From assembly GCA_963740315.1 (NCBI GenBank), contig CAVUDP010000002.1, positions 864,001 to 928,000 on the forward strand: a DNA stretch of 64,000 nucleotides. Direction: 5' to 3'. Below the pieces are notes generated by a model. The model saw only the letters and a program-made list of their open reading frames with translations. It ran no database searches and was not told the DNA's origin. A program made the translations under genes and the position numbers. Below are positions 59,029-64,000 of the stretch, one piece after another. The first letter of the stretch is position 1, and each line of letters starts with the position of its first letter. Source of the stretch: an uncultured cyanobacterium. Lineage in GTDB: Bacteria; Cyanobacteriota; Cyanobacteriia; Cyanobacteriales; Nostocaceae.

Positions 59029-61248
59029 ATGAAGTTTTTATTTAAGCAGGATTCACCCCCAGAAACCACTGATGACTCAAAGTCAGTTGAAACGCAAACT
59101 CCTGGCTTAGGCACATTTGGTGGAGTTTATACGCCTTCAATTTTGACAATTTTGGGCGTAATTATGTATCTGCGGTTTGGCTGGGTTGTGGGAAATGTGG
59201 GGTTGGTGGGTTCTCTTGTCATTGTCACTCTCGCCACATCGATTACTTTGCTCACTTCTTTGTCGGTATGCGCGATCGCCACTGATAAGGTTGTGCGGGT
59301 TGGTGGTGCTTACTACATGATTAGCCGCTGTTTGGGGATTGAAGTCGGTGGTGCTGTGGGTATTTCTCTTTACTTTGCCCAAGCGCTTTCGATCGCTCTT
59401 TATACCATCGGTTTTGCTGAAAGTGTAGTGCAAACTTTTGGCAGCCTCAATCAAACTTATGTGGCTTTAATTACAACTATTTTGGTGGCGATTTTAGCTG
59501 TGACTTCTGCGGAAGTTGCGGTGAAGGCACAATATGTAATTATGGGAGCGATCGTTTTATCGCTGTTTTCTTTAGCTTTCGGTGGTGCCATACCGGATGT
59601 TACACCCCAAGGATGGGATATTCCTGCTAACGGCGTTCCTTTTTGGGGAGTGTTCGCGGTGTTTTTCCCGGCGGTAACGGGTATCATGTCGGGGGTTAGT
59701 ATGTCGGGGGATTTACGCAATCCCAGCCGCTCTATTCCTAGCGGTACCTTAGCAGCAGTCGCTACGGGATACGTTGTTTATATGATTTTGCCGCTGATAA
59801 TTGCCATGCGTGCCGATACTGCAACTTTAGTTAACGTACCGCTGGCAATGAAAATGATGTCTCTATGGAGTCCGGCGATTTTATTCGGAGTCTGGGGGGC
59901 AACTTTGTCAAGCGCCTTGGGTAGTATTTTGGCGGCTCCCCGCGTATTGCAAGCTTTGGCAAGAGATGGAATTTTACCGCGCTGGATGTCCTTTTTAGGT
60001 AAAGGTAGCGGTGAAAATGACGAACCGCGTATCGGTACTTGGGTAACTCTGGGTGTGGCGATCGCGGCGGTATGCATTGGCGATTTAAACTTGATTGCGC
60101 CGGTGCTGACAATGTTTTTCCTGACAACTTACTTAGTATTAAATCTTTCGGCAACTATCGAAGGATTACTGCAAAGTCCATCATTTAGACCAAGCTTTAA
60201 AGTGCATTGGCTTTTATCTTTGCTGGGGGGAATTGGTTGTTTAGCAGTGATGTTTCTGATCAACGCAGTTGCTACCATCGTGGCAGCTGCAATTGTGTTA
60301 GCAATATTTTTCTGGCTGCAACAACGCGAACTAAATACTACTTGGGGAGATGTACGTCAAGGAATTTGGATGACATTACTCCGCACGGGAATTTTTCAAA
60401 TTAATCGTGTTGAAGATACCAAGAATTGGCGACCTAATATTTTAGTATTTTCTGGTTCTCCTAACAAACGTTGGTCATTGATTCAACTAGCTTATGCATT
60501 AACCCACAAACGAGGTTTTATTACCGTATCAAGCGTTGTATCAAGCGGTACGCGAGACTTAGCTAGACAAATGCAGCTTGAAAATACAATTCGCGAGCAG
60601 TTGAAAAAGCAGCAGGTGCAAGCATTAGTCCGCGTCGTAAATGCCCCAAATCCCTTCGATGGAATGCTGCAACTCGTCGAAGCTTATGGAATAGGTAATG
60701 TAGTACCCAACATTATATTATTAGGAGACAGCGAACAGGCAACCAGACGCGACCAATACTGCAACACGATCGCCCAAATCCATCATGCCAAACGCAGCGT
60801 CATGATTTTGCGAGAAAATGAGCAACGAGGATTTGGGCGGTTTCGACAAATAGATGTATGGTGGGGAGGAATGCAAGACAACGGTGGATTGATGCTATTG
60901 CTTGCTCATATGTTGCGATCGACAATCGAATGGCGCGACGCTCAGATATATATCAAGCTACTTGTTTCCAACGAAGCAGGCGCAAAAAATGCCGAAATAA
61001 ACTTAAATGCCATGCTGAGTCGATTTCGGATCGCAGCTATACCCGAAGTCATAGTTGCAGCGAATCGTTCTTTTGAAACCGTTTTACACGAATCTTCCCA
61101 AGATGCAGACATCATATTTTTAGGAATGGCAACTCCCACAGATCGAAACTTTACCGAATATTACGAACAAATGCACGCACGCACCGCCAACCTTCCGACA
61201 ATTATGTACGTTATGGCTGCACCCGATTTTGCATTTGCTGAAGTTTGA
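59029..61248 (+). CDS. Cation-chloride cotransporter (SLC12-like, APC superfamily)
   Basis: LGTFGGV..P..L.ILGVI.YLR.GWVVG, GGAYYMISR.LG.E.GG, FFPAVTGI, KNWRP, IDVWW; alternative GTG start at 59002. Confidence 0.9.
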   Translation: MKFLFKQDSPPETTDDSKSVETQTPGLGTFGGVYTPSILTILGVIMYLRFGWVVGNVGLVGSLVIVTLATSITLLTSLSVCAIATDKVVRVGGAYYMISRCLGIEVGGAVGISLYFAQALSIALYTIGFAESVVQTFGSLNQTYVALITTILVAILAVTSAEVAVKAQYVIMGAIVLSLFSLAFGGAIPDVTPQGWDIPANGVPFWGVFAVFFPAVTGIMSGVSMSGDLRNPSRSIPSGTLAAVATGYVVYMILPLIIAMRADTATLVNVPLAMKMMSLWSPAILFGVWGATLSSALGSILAAPRVLQALARDGILPRWMSFLGKGSGENDEPRIGTWVTLGVAIAAVCIGDLNLIAPVLTMFFLTTYLVLNLSATIEGLLQSPSFRPSFKVHWLLSLLGGIGCLAVMFLINAVATIVAAAIVLAIFFWLQQRELNTTWGDVRQGIWMTLLRTGIFQINRVEDTKNWRPNILVFSGSPNKRWSLIQLAYALTHKRGFITVSSVVSSGTRDLARQMQLENTIREQLKKQQVQALVRVVNAPNPFDGMLQLVEAYGIGNVVPNIILLGDSEQATRRDQYCNTIAQIHHAKRSVMILRENEQRGFGRFRQIDVWWGGMQDNGGLMLLLAHMLRSTIEWRDAQIYIKLLVSNEAGAKNAEINLNAMLSRFRIAAIPEVIVAANRSFETVLHESSQDADIIFLGMATPTDRNFTEYYEQMHARTANLPTIMYVMAAPDFAFAEV

Positions 61249-61558
61249 ACTGAAATTATAAATCGTTTTTTCGTAAATAGAAACCCGGTTTTTCCCACAA
61301 AACACCGGGTTTTTGATTGAGATTCATCTATCAAGTTAATAATCTCACAATTATTTCTTTAGTTAGAACTCTCCTAAATCATAATTCTAACTTATGATTG
61401 ATTCGCGATTACTTGATTTTGTTATAAGATTAGATTAAATAAAAAAAGTTGATTTTATAAAACAAATATCATTTACTTACAATTAACCTCAACGTGAAAT
61501 AATTTGAGGCAAAGATTTTAATAAATTTAAATAAATTAGAACGAAAAAGGAGACACCA

Positions 61559-62203
61559 ATGAATAACAAAATTGCAAAAATCTTTCTTTTACCTTTAAGT
61601 ATAGCTTCTGCGATCGCGATTACCGCCGTACCTTTTGGCAAGCCTGTAATGGCACAAAGAGTAACAGCGCTTGCAGATGGTAATATGACCGAATATTCAC
61701 CAACTTCTGCACCAGTATTAAGACCTGGTAGTAGGTCGGAAGCTGTAAAAGATGTACAATTATTGTTGAACCAAAATAAATTTTACTACGGTGCAATGGA
61801 TGGGATATACGGACCGAGAATGCGTTCATCCATTATAAGTTTCCAAAGGTCTAGAAATTTACCTGCAACAGCTGTTGTAAATGCTAAAACCTGGGAAGCA
61901 CTAATAGATTTAGATAAACGTACATCACCTACCCGTTTCGCATACTTGGGTAAATATTCACCTTCAACCGCACCCATGTTAAAGGTGGGAAGTCGAGGAA
62001 AAGCTGTAAGAGACGTACAAACATATCTTAAACAGCAAGGATTTTATGTTGGGCAAGTTGATGGAATTTACGGACGTGCAACAGCTTCTGCGGTAAAATC
62101 TTTTCAACAAAATAGAGCTAAATTAAGAGCAGATGGAATTGTTGGTGGCAGCACCTGGCAAGCAATGATCGAGGATAAAGAAGGTCCCTTCACCATTAAT
62201 TAA
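61559..62203 (+). CDS. Exported protein with two peptidoglycan-binding domains
   Basis: Signal peptide; two L..GSR..AV..VQ..L....FY....DGIYG....FQ repeats. Confidence 0.88.
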   Translation: MNNKIAKIFLLPLSIASAIAITAVPFGKPVMAQRVTALADGNMTEYSPTSAPVLRPGSRSEAVKDVQLLLNQNKFYYGAMDGIYGPRMRSSIISFQRSRNLPATAVVNAKTWEALIDLDKRTSPTRFAYLGKYSPSTAPMLKVGSRGKAVRDVQTYLKQQGFYVGQVDGIYGRATASAVKSFQQNRAKLRADGIVGGSTWQAMIEDKEGPFTIN

Positions 62204-62469
62204 ATAGATAGATAGATGTAGAGAGCTCCGCACTGCTACGTCTCCAACAATGTGAAATCACAACTTCATATTTTTATTTAACAACGCCAATTCGTATCAT
62301 ATAAGACTTAAGCAACTGGCACATTTTTCTTGTAGGGGAGGCAAAATGGGGTGTAGATTTTCTTCCCCCATTATTGCCGTTGTGTGACGCCGCCTCGAAA
62401 ATTTGAACGTAGCAATAAGGTTTGTAACGTCACGCACCATCAACCATTTTTAAAATTTCATCTAATCTA

Positions 62470-62766
62470 AGAGGATGTTTGAGAAGAATCGTTTTTAGCG
62501 CAATTCTCGGATTATCCCCCCTTCCCCCCTTGAAAAAGGGGGGTTAAAGTCTAGCTGTTGACTCTGTACCTTTTTAGGTGACGTTACTTAATACATATTC
62601 TCGTTCCTAGTCTCTGGCTGGAAATGCCTTACGGGAGGCTCAGCAAAACGGTATATAAAGTTAGAAGTGCCTTCAGAGACGCATTCCCAGTCGGAGACTG
62701 GGAACGAGGAAAGATCCCCCTAAATTAAGGAGACTTTAACCCCCCTTGGCTAAGGGGGATAATCCA
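62470..62766. mobile_element. Nested MITE-like elements
   Basis: AGAGGATGTTTGAGAAG end, C/G-run palindromes, and inner CTCGTTCCTAGTCTC...GAGACTGGGAACGAG element at 62600-62708. Confidence 0.6.
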
Positions 62767-62798
62767 AGAATTGCGTTGAAAAAGATAATTACTAATCC

Positions 62799-63788
62799 TT
62801 ACTTAGCATCTTCAACTTTCACAATATATTTATAAGCCGGGTTGCTGCTCTGAATTTGAGGTACTTTTCCTTGAGCAGCCATTGTTTGATAAACTAAAGC
62901 CGCTGTTTCTCCCCTACTTATTAACCGATCGGGATTGAGGATATTGGTGTTGGGATAGTTTACAACAATATTCCGTGTAGTTGCTGCTGCTACTTGTGGA
63001 ACAGCATTTTCAGGAATTTTGTTAGCATCTTTGTAAGCTTCTTGAACGATAGATGCTGCTGATAATGGTGCTGTAGCTGTAGTAGTTTCTTTAGTATTTG
63101 CCGGTGTATTAGCCGCAGTTGGATTATTTCCGAGATTATTCATCGGTTGAGGCATTTTAGCAGCATTAGCTCTTTGAATAAGTAAAGGCTGCATCAAAGA
63201 AGTAATTCCGATTGGCAACATCAAACGCTTTCTTTTTCTTTGAGCGGCTCTTCTTCTAATATATGGAGGAATAATTGTCGGAGTATTTGTAGTAACGGCA
63301 GAAGTTTGTACGGGTTTTGCTTGATAACTTAAATCTAAACCTCTTGTTAAAGCATTAATTGCTTCTAATTTGGTAACTTCTTGACGGGGACGAAATAGAT
63401 TATTATCGCCGGATAAAAACCCTTCTTCTACAGATTCTTCTATTGCTTTACTCGCCCAATAACCTTGGGGAACATCTTTATATACAGAACCACTTTTAAT
63501 TTCCTTTTCTTTATTTTGGTCAAAAGCTTTACGAATTATAGCAGCGAATTCATCTCTATCTAATGCCTGTTTTGGTCTGTATCTACCGTCGGGATATCCA
63601 CTAATGATATTTCTTTCCGCTAAACCTTTGATAAACGGTTGCGCCCAGTAGTTAGGTTCTACATCGGGAAATGTTGATTGTGGAGAAGATTGAGCATTAG
63701 TTACTAATGGAATGCCTACAGCACCTACTGCCAAACCTACTGTTATTATAGATGCGCCTATAATCGGAAAATGTCGTAAGGTATTCAT
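62799..63788 (-). CDS. S-layer homology (SLH) domain protein
   Basis: Signal peptide; FPDV...YWA..FI, GYPDG.YRP, VVNYP....L.P....RG..AA.VYQ. Confidence 0.9.
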   Translation of the reverse strand: MNTLRHFPIIGASIITVGLAVGAVGIPLVTNAQSSPQSTFPDVEPNYWAQPFIKGLAERNIISGYPDGRYRPKQALDRDEFAAIIRKAFDQNKEKEIKSGSVYKDVPQGYWASKAIEESVEEGFLSGDNNLFRPRQEVTKLEAINALTRGLDLSYQAKPVQTSAVTTNTPTIIPPYIRRRAAQRKRKRLMLPIGITSLMQPLLIQRANAAKMPQPMNNLGNNPTAANTPANTKETTTATAPLSAASIVQEAYKDANKIPENAVPQVAAATTRNIVVNYPNTNILNPDRLISRGETAALVYQTMAAQGKVPQIQSSNPAYKYIVKVEDAK

Positions 63789-64000
63789 ATATCCTCAAAT
63801 AATTATATTGCCGTATTCTAGATATTAAGTTGTTGACTCTAGATAATTTATCCATCTGGCGATATAAAATTGAGATTCTCTAGAAATAAATTACTAAGTT
63901 AAGATTTGCTCTTTTTTGTAATATTATTTATAGTTAAATAAATTTTTATTTCTTCATAAAATAACTTTAGTTTCTGATTAATATGCATCCTAACTTGATA

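Noticed and set aside
1..64000. tRNA, rRNA, transposase, integrase or prophage genes
   Set aside because: None recognised by eye; tRNAscan-SE and Infernal would be needed to exclude small RNAs.

Overview
Chromosomal segment of a filamentous, probably heterocyst-forming cyanobacterium. This is inferred from frequent HIP1 GCGATCGC octamers, 7-8 bp STRR tandem arrays and XisI/Uma2/SLH/DUF1565 families. The backbone is housekeeping and envelope genes: MlaD/MlaF, thiE-thiS, an Ftn6-like protein, a Gld-type ABC operon, alaS, trmO, an AGE epimerase, a GH13 glucanotransferase, cbiX-cobA and a cation-chloride cotransporter. Three accessory zones interrupt it. (1) At 28.8-32.2 kb, small genes are individually bracketed by duplicated halves of a GTAG REP doublet, followed by a cyanoglobin preceded by an unannotated, eroded nifB fragment. 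(2) At 38.3-41.2 kb there is a cluster of orphan or broken SMI1, XisH/I, antitoxin and Uma2 genes. (3) At 44.4-53.9 kb is a defence island: a type I R-M system with a DUF433/PIN pair between hsdM and hsdS, and a convergent uncharacterised three-gene TIGR04255-like module. A DEDDh exonuclease-ATPase fusion lies 2 kb further on. Tiny hairpin elements are inserted in frame in alaS (57 nt), hsdR and a DUF4340 gene (24 nt each, at HIP1 or near-HIP1 sites). No CRISPR array, tRNA, rRNA, transposase or integrase was recognised. Family assignments come from motif recognition and recalled consensus, not from database searches.
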